From Actinomycetota bacterium (GTDB taxonomy: Bacteria > Actinomycetota > Thermoleophilia > UBA2241), in contig PKYG01000116.1 in NCBI GenBank assembly GCA_003132585.1, forward strand, positions 492 through 64,491: 64,000 nt of DNA, given 5' to 3'. Below are positions 54,334-63,684 of this stretch, in pieces; the stretch's first letter is position 1, and each line of letters begins with the position of its first letter. The position numbers and the translations under genes are program-made. The notes under the pieces were generated by a model that ran no database searches, had not been told where the DNA came from, and saw nothing but the letters and a program-made list of their open reading frames with translations.

Positions 54334-55391
54334 TGCTCGCGCTCGTCTACCAAGGGCCGAACGACCTCCGGCTGCAGCATCGCGACGTCCCCGCGCCGGG
54401 GCGCGGCGACGTCGTGCTGGCTATGCGGGCCTGCGGCATCTGCGGCACCGATTTGAAGATCGCGCGCGGTGAGCACCGCGCCTACCCGGCGGGAACGATC
54501 AGGGTCCCCGGGCACGAGATCGCGGCTGAGGTCGCTGCGACCGGACCCGGCGTCGAGACTCTGCGGGAGGGCGACCGCGTCTTCGTCGCCCCCAATCTCG
54601 GGTGCGGCGAGTGCCCCACCTGCCGCGCCGGCCGCGTCAACCTCTGCCAGCCGGCGCAGGCGTTCGGGATCACCATCGACGGCGGCTTCGCCGACTACCT
54701 GCGCGTGCCCGCGGCGGCGGTCGAGCAGGGCGTGCTCCTGCCCGTCCCTCACGACGCCGACCCGGCCGCAATCTCGCTCGCCGAGCCCCTCGCGTCAGTG
54801 ATACGCGGCGCCCGTGCGACCTCGACCGGCGAGGGCGACACCGTGCTGATCTTCGGCGCAGGGCCGATCGGGATCCTGCACCTGGTCGTTGCGAAGGCCC
54901 GCGGGGCGGAGCAGATCCTCGTCTGCGAGCCCAGCGCGTCGCGGCGCGAGCGGGCCGCGGCGTTCGGCGCGACCCTTGCGGTCGGGCCGGACGACGTCGA
55001 GCGCGCGGTCTCGGAGCTGACGGCCGAACGCGGCGCCGACGTGATCGTCACCGCCGTCGCGCTCGCCGCGGTCCAGGAGCAGGCGCTCGCGCTGGCGGCC
55101 GTCGGCGGCCGCGTCAACTACTTCGGCGGCCTCCCCACCGGCCGCTCGGAGATCCGCATCGACTCGAACCTGATCCACTACCGGGAGCTGATCGTCACCG
55201 GTACGACCGCGAACACCACCGCCGACTGCCGCGAAGCGCTCGAGCTCGTGCTCTCGGGAGCGCTCGACAGCCGGCCGCTGATCTCTGCGCGCTACCCGCT
55301 CGCCCAGGCGGCCGACGCGTTCGCGCACGCGGCGAGCGGCGAGGCGCTGAAGGTGGTCATCGAGGCCGTACCCGACCGAGCGAAGGAGTAG
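54333..55391 (+). CDS. Zinc-dependent medium-chain alcohol/polyol dehydrogenase
   Basis: CGICGTDLKI, PGHE and GCGECPTCRAGRVNLC are structural-Zn motifs. GAGPIG is the NAD motif. Confidence 0.9.
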   Translation: MLALVYQGPNDLRLQHRDVPAPGRGDVVLAMRACGICGTDLKIARGEHRAYPAGTIRVPGHEIAAEVAATGPGVETLREGDRVFVAPNLGCGECPTCRAGRVNLCQPAQAFGITIDGGFADYLRVPAAAVEQGVLLPVPHDADPAAISLAEPLASVIRGARATSTGEGDTVLIFGAGPIGILHLVVAKARGAEQILVCEPSASRRERAAAFGATLAVGPDDVERAVSELTAERGADVIVTAVALAAVQEQALALAAVGGRVNYFGGLPTGRSEIRIDSNLIHYRELIVTGTTANTTADCREALELVLSGALDSRPLISARYPLAQAADAFAHAASGEALKVVIEAVPDRAKE

Positions 55392-55393
55392 CC

Positions 55394-55975
55394 GTGAGCG
55401 CGATCCAACCCCTCAACCTAATCGTCGATATCGCGTCCGGACGACTGGAGCCGGCGACGACGGTCGTCACCCGGCGACTGAGCGACATGCGCGGCATGTA
55501 TGCGGATGCTGCCGCCGAGGCGGCGCTGATCGAGCGCGACGACTCCGTCGTCTACAAGGTCTTCCAGTACGACGTGCCCGAGGAGACCGGGCAGCTCTTC
55601 GTCTGCACGACCGTGCTCGAGCCGGGCAGGGTCGGCGACGAGTACTTCATGACCAAGGGCCACTACCATCGCGTTCGCGACCGGGCAGAGGTCTACTACG
55701 GACTCCGCGGCGAGGGCCAGGTCGTGCTGATGACGGAGGACGGGCGCTGCTCCTCGGTCGAGCTCCGGCCGGGCGCGGTTGCCTACGTCCCGCCCTGCTA
55801 CGCGCACCGGACCGTGAACACCGGCACCGGGGAGCTCGTGTTCCTCGCCGTCTACCCGGGCGACGCCGGCCACGACTACGAGTCGATCGAGCGCTCCGGG
55901 TTCTCGGCCCGCGTCCTCGAATACAACGGCTCGCCGACACTGGTCGAGCAAGAGCCGAGCGGAGGAAGCCGGTGA
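55394..55975 (+). CDS. pgiA: Cupin-type glucose-6-phosphate isomerase (archaeal cPGI-like)
   Basis: GTG is preceded by GAAGGAG. TKGHYHRVRDRAEVYYGLRGEGQVVL...YVPPCYAHRTVNTGTGELVFLAVYPGDAGHDYESIERSGFS closely parallels recalled Pyrococcus cPGI (TKGHFH...AEVY...YVPPYWAHRTVNIGDEPFIFLAIYPADAGHDYGTIAEKGFS). Only the last 193 codons of ORF 54602-55975 are real. Confidence 0.85.
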   Translation: MSAIQPLNLIVDIASGRLEPATTVVTRRLSDMRGMYADAAAEAALIERDDSVVYKVFQYDVPEETGQLFVCTTVLEPGRVGDEYFMTKGHYHRVRDRAEVYYGLRGEGQVVLMTEDGRCSSVELRPGAVAYVPPCYAHRTVNTGTGELVFLAVYPGDAGHDYESIERSGFSARVLEYNGSPTLVEQEPSGGSR

Positions 55976-56928
55976 CGGCACGCGACCCCCTGATCACGGT
56001 CCTCGGGGCTCGCGTGCCGCCGGGTGGCGCCATCGACGCCCACGGCCACCTTTGGATCGACCCGGTCGTGAACGCCGCCGACGGGGCCGCCCCCGTGCTC
56101 GCGGACGAGGAACAGATCGTCCACGAGCTCGCGTCCTTCCGCGCGGCGGGAGGGGCGGTTGTGGTCGACTGCCAGCCGTCGGGGTGCGGCCGCGATCTCG
56201 CGCGCCTCGCCTCGATCTCCGCTGCGACCGGCGTGGACGTGGTCGCCTCTACCGGCTTCCACCTGCCTCGCTACTACCCGCCCGGTGCCTGGCCGTGGTC
56301 GGCGCGTCACGAACAGGTCGTCAAGCGCTTCGTCGACGAGCTGGTTCGGGGCGTGCCGGTCGAGGGGCGGGGCGTCGTCCGGGCAGGCGTCGTCAAGGCT
56401 GCCTACACGGGCTCGCGCAGCGACGAAGCAGCGCGGCTGCTCGCGTGCGCCTGCGAAGCGAGCGCCCGCACGCGGGCCGCGCTCGTCGTCCACACCGAGC
56501 GCGGCGCTGGCGTCGAGCAGCTCGCCGACTTGCTCGCGGAACATGGCGTGCGCCCTCACCGCGTCGTGCTCTGTCACGTTGACAAGCGCTCCGAGCGCGG
56601 CCTGCACGAAGAGCTCGCCGAGGCCGGCTTCCTGCTCGAGTACGACACCTTCCTCCGCGAGCAGTACGCGCCGGGCCGCAACGTCTGGCCGCTGCTCGAG
56701 CACCTGCTCGGAAGCGGCCACGGCTCGTCGGTCGCCTGCGGGCTCGACCTGGCGGACGCCTCGCTCTGGCGGTTCGGCGGCGCTCCCGTCGGCATGGTCG
56801 GCCTGCTCACCGTCGTCAAGCCGCGGCTGGCCGCGCTCGGCGCGTCCGCCACCGAGGTCGACCTCCTCCTGCGCGGCAACATCGCCGCGCGGCTCGTCCG
56901 CGCGAAGCCGATGGAGGCGGCCGCATGA
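55972..56928 (+). CDS. Phosphotriesterase-family (PTE/Php-like) metal hydrolase, possible lactonase
   Basis: GTGA start overlap. GAIDAHGHLWID supplies the first metal ligands, followed by VVKAAYTG...AARLLACACEASARTRAALVVHTERG...HRVVLCHVD. Confidence 0.7.
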   Translation: MTARDPLITVLGARVPPGGAIDAHGHLWIDPVVNAADGAAPVLADEEQIVHELASFRAAGGAVVVDCQPSGCGRDLARLASISAATGVDVVASTGFHLPRYYPPGAWPWSARHEQVVKRFVDELVRGVPVEGRGVVRAGVVKAAYTGSRSDEAARLLACACEASARTRAALVVHTERGAGVEQLADLLAEHGVRPHRVVLCHVDKRSERGLHEELAEAGFLLEYDTFLREQYAPGRNVWPLLEHLLGSGHGSSVACGLDLADASLWRFGGAPVGMVGLLTVVKPRLAALGASATEVDLLLRGNIAARLVRAKPMEAAA

Positions 56929-57905
56929 TCGACGCCGTCGTGCTCGTTACGCCACGTTCGTTCGGACTCGATGACCCGAGCCTGAAAGACGATCTCGAGC
57001 GCTCCGTCGCCACCGTGCGGTACGTTCCGTCGCCCGGGCTAGAGCCGGAGGAGCTGATTCCGCTCGTCGCCGACGTCGACGGCTGGATCGCCGGCCTCGA
57101 CCGGGTCGAGCGACAGGTTCTCGAGGCCGCACCCCGCTTGAAAGTGATCGCCCGCTATGGCGTCGGCACCGAGCAGGTCGACCTAGACGCTGCGCGGGAA
57201 CACGGCATCGTCGTCACGAACACGCCCGGCGCGAACGCGGACGCCGTTGCCGAGCTGACGATCGGCTTCCTCTTCGTGCTCGCGCGTCGGCTCCAAGACG
57301 CGACCGTGGCCGCGCGCGCAGGAAGCTGGTCGCCGATCCGCGGCCTGACGATCGAGGGCCGGACGGTCGGTCTGGTCGGCCTCGGCGCCGTCGGCCGGGC
57401 GGTCGCGAGACGCGCTGTCGCTCTCGGTTGCCGCGTGCTGGCCCAGGACCCGGCGGCCGACGCCGGCTTCGCAGCTGCACACGGCGTAGAGCTGGCCGAG
57501 CTGGACGAGGTGCTAGCGGCAGCCGATTTCGTCTCGCTGCATGTCCCGCTGCTGCCGGAGACGCGCTTGCTCGTCGACGACGCCTTCCTCGCCCGGATGC
57601 GGCCGGGCTCCTTCCTGATCAACACTGCGCGGGGTGAGCTCGTCGACGAGGCGGCGCTGGTGCGCGCGCTCGAGAACGGCCACCTCGCGGGGGTGGCGCT
57701 CGACACGCTGGCGGAGGAGCCTCCCCCGCACGAGCACCCACTGCTACGGCTGGAGACGGCGGTCGTGACGCCGCACATCGGCGCGCATGCCGACGGCGCG
57801 ACGACCGCAATGGGCAGGATGGCGCTCGACGACTGTCTCGCAGTGCTCGCCGGTCGCGACCCCGAGCATCCCGTTGTCCTGCCGCCGGCGCCGATGGGGC
57901 GATGA
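56925..57905 (+). CDS. D-isomer-specific 2-hydroxyacid dehydrogenase
   Basis: VGLVGLGAVGRAVARR is the NAD motif. FLINTARGELVDEAALVRAL and TPHIGA are present. Confidence 0.85.
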   Translation: MIDAVVLVTPRSFGLDDPSLKDDLERSVATVRYVPSPGLEPEELIPLVADVDGWIAGLDRVERQVLEAAPRLKVIARYGVGTEQVDLDAAREHGIVVTNTPGANADAVAELTIGFLFVLARRLQDATVAARAGSWSPIRGLTIEGRTVGLVGLGAVGRAVARRAVALGCRVLAQDPAADAGFAAAHGVELAELDEVLAAADFVSLHVPLLPETRLLVDDAFLARMRPGSFLINTARGELVDEAALVRALENGHLAGVALDTLAEEPPPHEHPLLRLETAVVTPHIGAHADGATTAMGRMALDDCLAVLAGRDPEHPVVLPPAPMGR

Positions 57906-58558
57906 CGGTCGTCCGCCCACTCGCCCCGGCTGACGTGCTCGAGGAGCTCGGGCGCCGCCGGATCGTGGCCGTGATCCGAGCAGGCAGCGCGGATGCCGCC
58001 GTCTTCGCCGCCCAGGCGCTCGCCGCGGGAGGGGTCGACGCCGTCGAAGTCACCTACACGACGCCCGGCGCGGCGATCGCGATCCGGGAACTCGTGGACG
58101 CACAATCCGACCTGCTGCTCGGGGCGGGAACGCTCACGAGTGCCGCGCAGGCTCGAGAGGCGGTCGAAGCGGGCGCGTCGTTCCTCGTCAGCCCGTATAC
58201 GTGCGTGCCGGTTCTCGACGTGGGCGCAGAGAGCGACGTCCTCGCGATCCCGGGAGTGATGACGCCGACCGAGATCGCTGCGGTTCGCGAGCGGGCGCCG
58301 CTGCTGAAGCTGTTCCCGGCCGGGATTGGCGGCCCGGCCCTCCTCCGGGCGCTGCGCGGGCCGTTCCCCGATCTCCGCCTGCTACCGACGGGCGGCGTCT
58401 CCGCGGAGAACGTCGCCGACTGGCTCGCCGCCGGCGCGTTCGCGATCGGTGCAGGGAGCGACCTCTGCCCGCCTCGGTTGGTCGACGAGCGCGATCGCGT
58501 CGAGATCGAGCGCCGCGCGCGCGCCTACGTCTCGGCCGCCGGGAGAGAAGATGCCTGA
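57902..58558 (+). CDS. eda: 2-dehydro-3-deoxyphosphogluconate / 4-hydroxy-2-oxoglutarate aldolase
   Basis: IVAVIRA, VEVTYTTPGA, GAGTLTS, IPGVMTPTEI, LKLFPA and LPTGGVS are the characteristic Eda blocks. Confidence 0.85.
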   Translation: MTVVRPLAPADVLEELGRRRIVAVIRAGSADAAVFAAQALAAGGVDAVEVTYTTPGAAIAIRELVDAQSDLLLGAGTLTSAAQAREAVEAGASFLVSPYTCVPVLDVGAESDVLAIPGVMTPTEIAAVRERAPLLKLFPAGIGGPALLRALRGPFPDLRLLPTGGVSAENVADWLAAGAFAIGAGSDLCPPRLVDERDRVEIERRARAYVSAAGREDA

Positions 58559-59474
58559 GCGGCGCTTCAGCTTCATCGGCGTCACGACCGGGAAGTCCGC
58601 GATCATGCGCGTCTTCCCGGCCTGGGCGGAGCATCTCGGGCTCGGCTCTGTGGTCATGCGCGGCTACGACCTGCCAATCCACGCCGAGACCGCACGCTAT
58701 CGCGAGGTCGTGACAGCGCTCAGGGACGACCCGCTCGACGTGGGCGGGCTTGTGACGACGCACAAGATCGACCTGTTCGCGGCGTGCCGGGACCTGTTCG
58801 ACTACGTCGATCCGTACGCCGAGCTCTGCGGCGAGGTGTCCTCGCTGTCGAAGCGGGACGGGCTCTTCCGCGCGCACGCGAAGGACCCGATCTCGTCAGG
58901 CCGGTCGTTCGACGACTTCGTCAAGCAGGGCTGCTGGAGCGAGTCGGGCGCGGACGCGCTCCTGTTCGGCGCTGGCGGCTCGAACCTCGCGATCACCATT
59001 CACCTGATGACGGTGCGCGAGCCATCCGACCGGCCGCGGCGGATCGTCGTCGTCAACCGGAGCCCGGGTCGGCTCGAGTCGATGCGCGCGGTGCACGAGC
59101 AGCTCGACAGCGGAGTCAAGGTCGAGTACGTGCACAACGCCGATCCGCTCGAGAACGACCGGCTGATGGCGTCGCTCCCGGTCGGCTCGCTCGTCGTCAA
59201 CGGGACCGGGATGGGCAAGGACAGCCCGGGCAGCCCGATCACCGACGACGCGCTCTTTCCAGAACAAGGGCTCGTCTGGGAGCTCAATTACCGCGGCGAG
59301 CTCGACTTCCTCCACCAGGCCCGTCGCCAAGAGCAGGCGCGCGGTCTCGTCGTCGAGGACGGCTGGCGTTACTTCATCCACGGTTGGACCTCGGTAATCG
59401 AGGAGGTGTTCGACGTCGCGATCACCCCGGACGTGCTCGACGGGCTCTCGGAGATCGCGAGCGGCTACCGATGA
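58551..59474 (+). CDS. Shikimate dehydrogenase-fold (AroE-like) family protein
   Basis: The internal ATG 58551 is preceded by GGGAGAGAAG. FIGVTTGKSAIMRVF, VTTHK, LLFGAGGSNLA and the NGTGMG-type layout are present. The canonical NTD motif is replaced by AKDPISSG. Confidence 0.55.
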   Translation: MPERRFSFIGVTTGKSAIMRVFPAWAEHLGLGSVVMRGYDLPIHAETARYREVVTALRDDPLDVGGLVTTHKIDLFAACRDLFDYVDPYAELCGEVSSLSKRDGLFRAHAKDPISSGRSFDDFVKQGCWSESGADALLFGAGGSNLAITIHLMTVREPSDRPRRIVVVNRSPGRLESMRAVHEQLDSGVKVEYVHNADPLENDRLMASLPVGSLVVNGTGMGKDSPGSPITDDALFPEQGLVWELNYRGELDFLHQARRQEQARGLVVEDGWRYFIHGWTSVIEEVFDVAITPDVLDGLSEIASGYR

Positions 59475-60223
59475 GCGGCGAGCGCCGGACAGCGCTGGTC
59501 ACGGGGGGCACGAGCGGCATCGGCCTCGCCGTCTGCCGTGCGCTCGCGCAGGCCGGCTGGTGGGTGCAGGCGGTCGGTCTCGACGACCCTGGCGAGCTCG
59601 CAGCCGAGCTGGCGGCCGCCGACACCGGCCGCCTCGTCGCCTGCGATCTGACCGAGAATGGCGTACCCGAGCGGGTCGTGGCGGAGCTCGTCTCGTTGCG
59701 CGGCCACCTCGACTTGCTCGTCAACTGCGCCGGCGTGCACGCGCTCGCGACGATCGAGGAGTCGACACCTGAGCTGATTGACCGGATCCTCGGCCTGAAT
59801 CTGCGGGCGGCGATGCTCGTGTGCCGGGCGGCGGTGCCCGCGATGCGACGGGGAGGCGGCGGCACGATCGTAAACATCGGCAGCGAGGCCGGGGTCGTCG
59901 CCGTCCGCGGCCAGGTGGCGTACAACGTCTCCAAGGCCGGGATCGCGATGCTCACGCGCTCCATCGCCGTCGACCACGCCGACGACGGGATCCGGGCAAT
60001 CACGATCAGTCCCGGCACGATACGCACGCCGCTCGTCGCCGAGGCGATCGCCTCCGCGCCGGACCCGGAGGCGCACGAGCGGATGCTGGCGGAATCTCGG
60101 CCGGCGAAGCGGCTCGGCAGGCCCGAGGAGATCGCCGCAGCGGTCGTCTTCGTCGCCGCTGACGAGGTCGCCTACATGACGGGTGCCGAGATCCTGATCG
60201 ACGGGGGCTACACTGCCCAGTAG
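59471..60223 (+). CDS. Short-chain dehydrogenase/reductase (SDR)
   Basis: ATGA start overlap. TGGTSGIGLA and YNVSKAG provide the catalytic Y-x3-K. Confidence 0.9.
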   Translation: MSGERRTALVTGGTSGIGLAVCRALAQAGWWVQAVGLDDPGELAAELAAADTGRLVACDLTENGVPERVVAELVSLRGHLDLLVNCAGVHALATIEESTPELIDRILGLNLRAAMLVCRAAVPAMRRGGGGTIVNIGSEAGVVAVRGQVAYNVSKAGIAMLTRSIAVDHADDGIRAITISPGTIRTPLVAEAIASAPDPEAHERMLAESRPAKRLGRPEEIAAAVVFVAADEVAYMTGAEILIDGGYTAQ

Positions 60224-60235
60224 GGTCGGAAACGC

Positions 60236-61744
60236 GTGAGTGGCACGATGCCCGTCTTCGTCGGATGCGACCTCGGCACGATGGGCACGAAGGCTGCCGT
60301 CGTCGACGAGGAAGGGAGCATTCTCGGCGAGGCCTTCGAGGAGGTCGAGCTGCGAACCCCCGCGCCGGGCCGGGTCGAGCAGGACCTCGACGAGATCGAG
60401 CGCTCGGCGCACCGCACGATCGCCGAGGCCCTGCGCACGTCGGGCCGCGCGGCCGACGTCGCCGGCCTCGCCTTCTCCAGCCAGATGTCCGGGATCGGCG
60501 CGGTGGACGACCGCTTCCGTCCTGCGACGCATTTCGACTCGTGGCTCGACACGCGCTGCGCGCCGTACGTCTCCGCGATGTCGGAGCACGCGGATCGGGT
60601 CACCGCGCTCTCCGGCTGCCCGCCGACGTACTCGCACGGGCCGAAGATTCTCTGGTGGCGCAGCGAGCGGCCCGACGACTACGCTCGCGTGGCCCGCTTC
60701 GTCGTGCCGTCCGCGTTCGTCGCCGCCCGCGTCTGCGGCCTCGGGATCGAGGACGCGTTCATCGACCGCACCACCGTTCACTTCTCCAACCTGTCCGACA
60801 CCGAACGCTGCGTCTGGTCGCCGGAGCTGCTCGACGCGTTCGGCGTCGACGAGGCGGTGCTGCCACGGATCGTCGACCCACTCGAGGTCGTCGGCGAGGT
60901 GACGCGCGCCGCATCCGAGGCGACGGGCATCCCGGCCGGCACGCCGGTTGCGGCAGGGGCCGGCGACCAGCCCGCCGCCTCGCTCGGCGCAGGCGTGGTC
61001 GATCCGGGGCAGGCGTTCGACTCCGCCGGCACGGCGAGCGTGTTCGCGATCTGCGTCGATCGCTTCGCGCCCGATCTCGAGCACCGGACGGTGCTCGCGT
61101 CGCACTCGGTCGTTCGTGGCGTCTACCTCGCGCTCTCCTTCATCAACGGCGGCGGGCTCGCGCTGCGCTGGTTCCGCGACGAGATCGCCGGGCTCTCCGG
61201 CTGCGCCGACGCGTACGCCGCGCTCGATGCCGAGGCCGCCGCCGTCGAGCCCGGCGCGGGCGCCCTGCTCTGGTTCCCGCACATCCAGGGCTGCGTCCTG
61301 CCACCGCAGCCGCACGTGCGCGGCGCGTTCGTGGGGCTCACTTCCGGACACCGCCGCGGCCACCTGTTCCGTGCGATCCTCGAGGGGATCGCCTACGAGT
61401 ACGCGCTCTGGGCCGAGCGGACGCCGGGAACGCTGACGGAGGCGCGCGTGCTCGGCGGCGGCGCGCGTTCGGCGCTCTGGAACGGGATCAAGGCCGACGT
61501 GCTCGGGATCGACTGGGTGCCGACCGTGCGCCAGGAGTGCGGCGTGCTCGGCGACGCGCTCGTCGCCGCCGCCGCGACCGGGCACGTGCGCGATCTGGCC
61601 GCGACGGCGAAGGCGTGGCAAGAGACGCGTCCGCCCGTGCGGCCCGATCCGGCGCGGCACCGGCGCTACCGGACGCTACTCGAGGCCTACCGCGAGCTGC
61701 AGCGGCTCGGGGCGGTCTTCGAGAGGCTGAGCGAGGCGACGTGA
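60236..61744 (+). CDS. FGGY-family carbohydrate kinase
   Basis: GTG start. VFVGCDLGTMGTKAAVV, GAGDQPAA and VLGGGARSALW are present. Confidence 0.85.
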   Translation: MSGTMPVFVGCDLGTMGTKAAVVDEEGSILGEAFEEVELRTPAPGRVEQDLDEIERSAHRTIAEALRTSGRAADVAGLAFSSQMSGIGAVDDRFRPATHFDSWLDTRCAPYVSAMSEHADRVTALSGCPPTYSHGPKILWWRSERPDDYARVARFVVPSAFVAARVCGLGIEDAFIDRTTVHFSNLSDTERCVWSPELLDAFGVDEAVLPRIVDPLEVVGEVTRAASEATGIPAGTPVAAGAGDQPAASLGAGVVDPGQAFDSAGTASVFAICVDRFAPDLEHRTVLASHSVVRGVYLALSFINGGGLALRWFRDEIAGLSGCADAYAALDAEAAAVEPGAGALLWFPHIQGCVLPPQPHVRGAFVGLTSGHRRGHLFRAILEGIAYEYALWAERTPGTLTEARVLGGGARSALWNGIKADVLGIDWVPTVRQECGVLGDALVAAAATGHVRDLAATAKAWQETRPPVRPDPARHRRYRTLLEAYRELQRLGAVFERLSEAT

Positions 61745-62637
61745 GCGGCGACGCAGCTCGAGCAGCCGCGAACCCGGTCGGCGTCCACGCGCTCGTCTGG
61801 GTCGCGGGCTGGAGCGAGCCGGAGGCGCGCCACGCGATCGCGCGCACCCGCGAGGCCGGCTTCGACCTGATCGAGATCCCGCTGCTCGACCCGCGCTCCG
61901 TCGACGCCGCGATGACGCGGCGCCTGCTCGAGGAGACCGGGGTCGCGGCGACATGCTCGCTCGGACTCCCCTTCGACGCCGACGTCTCCAGCGCCGACGC
62001 GGCGGTCGTCGCGCGGGGCGAGGCGCTGCTCACGGAGGCGGTAGACGTAACGGCGGCGCTCGACGCCCGCTTTCTCGGCGGCGTTGTCCACAGCGCCATG
62101 GGCAAGCACCTCGCGGCGCCCACGGAGCGCGGCCGGCGGCACGCGATCGAAGCGCTGCGCCGGGTTGCGGAGCGGGCCGCGCACCGCGAGGTGACGATCG
62201 GGATCGAGGCCGTCAACCGCTACGAGAGCAACCTCGTCAACACCGCGGAGCAGGCGCTCGCGCTCGTCGACGAGATCGGCGCCGAGAACGTCGTCGTCCA
62301 TCTCGACAGCTACCACATGAACATCGAGGAGTCCGATCTGGGGACGCCCGTGCACCGCTGTGGCGCCCGCCTCGGATATGTGCACGTCGGCGAGTCGGAT
62401 CGGGGGTACCTCGGGCGCGGCACCGTCGACTTCGCCGCGCTCTTCCAGGCTCTCGCCGACACAGGCTACGCAGGGCCGATCGTATTCGAGAGCTTCTCGT
62501 CGGTCGTCGTCTCGCCGTCGTTCGTCAGCGCGCTCGCGATCTGGCGCGACCCTTGGCACGACGGGCTGGACGTGGCGCGGTCCGCGCGTGCGTTCCTCGA
62601 GGTACACCTGGCGGCGGCGACCGCAGGTCGCCGATGA
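61741..62637 (+). CDS. Xylose-isomerase-like TIM-barrel sugar epimerase (D-psicose/D-tagatose 3-epimerase-like)
   Basis: GTGA start overlap. IGIEAVNRYESNLVNTAEQA...VVVHLDSYHMNIEE...YVHVGESDRGYLGRGTVDF matches the ketose 3-epimerase pattern (..NRFE...NT...LDTFHMNIEE...H.GE.NR..PG.G). Confidence 0.8.
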   Translation: MSGDAARAAANPVGVHALVWVAGWSEPEARHAIARTREAGFDLIEIPLLDPRSVDAAMTRRLLEETGVAATCSLGLPFDADVSSADAAVVARGEALLTEAVDVTAALDARFLGGVVHSAMGKHLAAPTERGRRHAIEALRRVAERAAHREVTIGIEAVNRYESNLVNTAEQALALVDEIGAENVVVHLDSYHMNIEESDLGTPVHRCGARLGYVHVGESDRGYLGRGTVDFAALFQALADTGYAGPIVFESFSSVVVSPSFVSALAIWRDPWHDGLDVARSARAFLEVHLAAATAGRR

Positions 62638-63041
62638 TGCGAATGCGAGGAGGAGAGATGAGGACTACCGTGTTCGAGCTTGCCGACGGCAGCGTCCAGG
62701 CCCGCGTCACGGAGTCGCCGGCATGGGAGCCGTTCGAGGAGTTCGACGGAAAGCCGCTCGAGCGTGTGCGCCTAGTCGAGCTGCTGCGCGAAGCACACGC
62801 CGAGCTCCAGCTGGTCGAGATCGCGGCCGGAGGTCGCTTCGCCATGCACTCGAGCCCGATGCTCGCCTTCTGTCAGATCGTTCGGGGTCGCGGTCGCCTG
62901 GGTCTGCCGGACGGCCGCAGCCTCGCCTACGAGGGGCCCGAGCTGTACGTCTTCCTGCCGGGCACGCTGCACGACTGGCACGACGTCGAGGAAGACACGC
63001 TCCTCGCCGTCTGCCTGGTTGACGAGGCCGAGCCGGGCTGA
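62634..63041 (+). CDS. Small cupin-domain protein
   Basis: ATG 62634 overlaps the upstream stop (ATGA). An alternative ATG 62658 follows AGGAGGAGAG. The beta-rich sequence LQLVEIAAGGRFAMHSS...VFLPGTLHDW is present. Confidence 0.55.
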   Translation: MMRMRGGEMRTTVFELADGSVQARVTESPAWEPFEEFDGKPLERVRLVELLREAHAELQLVEIAAGGRFAMHSSPMLAFCQIVRGRGRLGLPDGRSLAYEGPELYVFLPGTLHDWHDVEEDTLLAVCLVDEAEPG

Positions 63042-63099
63042 GCGGGCGGCGAGTACGTAGCCCGAGCCGCTGCCTGCCGGCCCTCGGCGAGACGGGAGC

Positions 63100-63207
63100 G
63101 ACGGGCCCTTGCCCCGCGATGTAGACGAATCCCGTAGCAGCCACCGCGTGCGAATATGGCCCACCCAACGGCGCCGCATCTGCCGCCTGGATCGCCGTCT
63201 TCTCGAC
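63100..63207 (-). pseudogene. RidA/YjgF-family N-terminal fragment
   Basis: The minus-strand translation VEKTAIQAADAAPLGGPYSHAVAATGFVYIAGQGPV matches the RidA N-terminal signature (..AP.a.GPYS.Av....v..SGQ.P). Similarity is lost after about 36 codons. Confidence 0.5.
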
Positions 63208-63336
63208 GCGAGCCCGCTGTCGAGGCACGTTCGTACTTCTAGGAGGGTCTAGCGATTCGGCTAGTGGAGTTGGAGTTGACCCGCTTCGGTTGACACCGTG
63301 AGTCTTTCGGGCGTTGGCCCGTGGAGAGGAGCGGAA

Positions 63337-63405
63337 GTGCCGAAGACGAGACCGCCGTACCCGCCGGAGTTCAGGCGTGAAGCGGTGCGCATGTTGCGCA
63401 GCGGC
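63337..63405 (+). pseudogene. IS3-family OrfA N-terminal fragment
   Basis: GTG, then VPKTRPPYPPEFRREAVRMLRSG, the typical start of IS3/IS911-type OrfA. Similarity stops abruptly at about 63405, where an antisense gene fragment begins. Confidence 0.55.
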
Positions 63406-63411
63406 GTGAGG

Positions 63412-63684
63412 ATCGCGGATCCAGCCGTCCCACTTCGGACGAATCGCCGGACGGGCATCGACGACGAGGTTGCATGCGTCGCCGTGGGCGGTGACCATGC
63501 GGCGACGCGGTGCTCCGTGCAGCCAGCCGATCAGGCAGCTGTTTATCGCCTTGTCGCGGAAGCCGTAGCCGATGACGACGACGGCGTCAGTCTGGCACAA
63601 CGTCTGGTGGAAGCGGTAGTGCTGGTCGGCGTAGACGGTGCTGTCGTAGGCCAGCGGCTTCGCGGATGACTTCCGCGGCGACAT
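63412..63684 (-). pseudogene. SIR2-like domain gene fragment (C-terminal part only, truncated by the IS3 relic)
   Basis: The minus-strand translation is ..YADQHYRFHQTLCQTDAVVVIGYGFRDKAINSCLIGWL... The block hhhhGY(S/G)FxDxxI is characteristic of SIR2_2-type domains. No intact N-terminal half is present; a shifted frame upstream suggests decay. Confidence 0.4.

Noticed and set aside
59465-61660. 731-aa minus-strand ORF (and similar long ORFs: 60265-61740 portion of the 790-aa plus ORF, 51286-52836, 52951-54177, 53229-54308, 54602-55393, 55876-56721, 57155-58105, 61687-62607)
   Set aside because: They are antisense or out of frame to genes with clear family motifs. Their translations are Arg/Ala/Pro/Gly-rich low-complexity strings typical of spurious open frames in very GC-rich DNA. 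No motifs or RBS are present.
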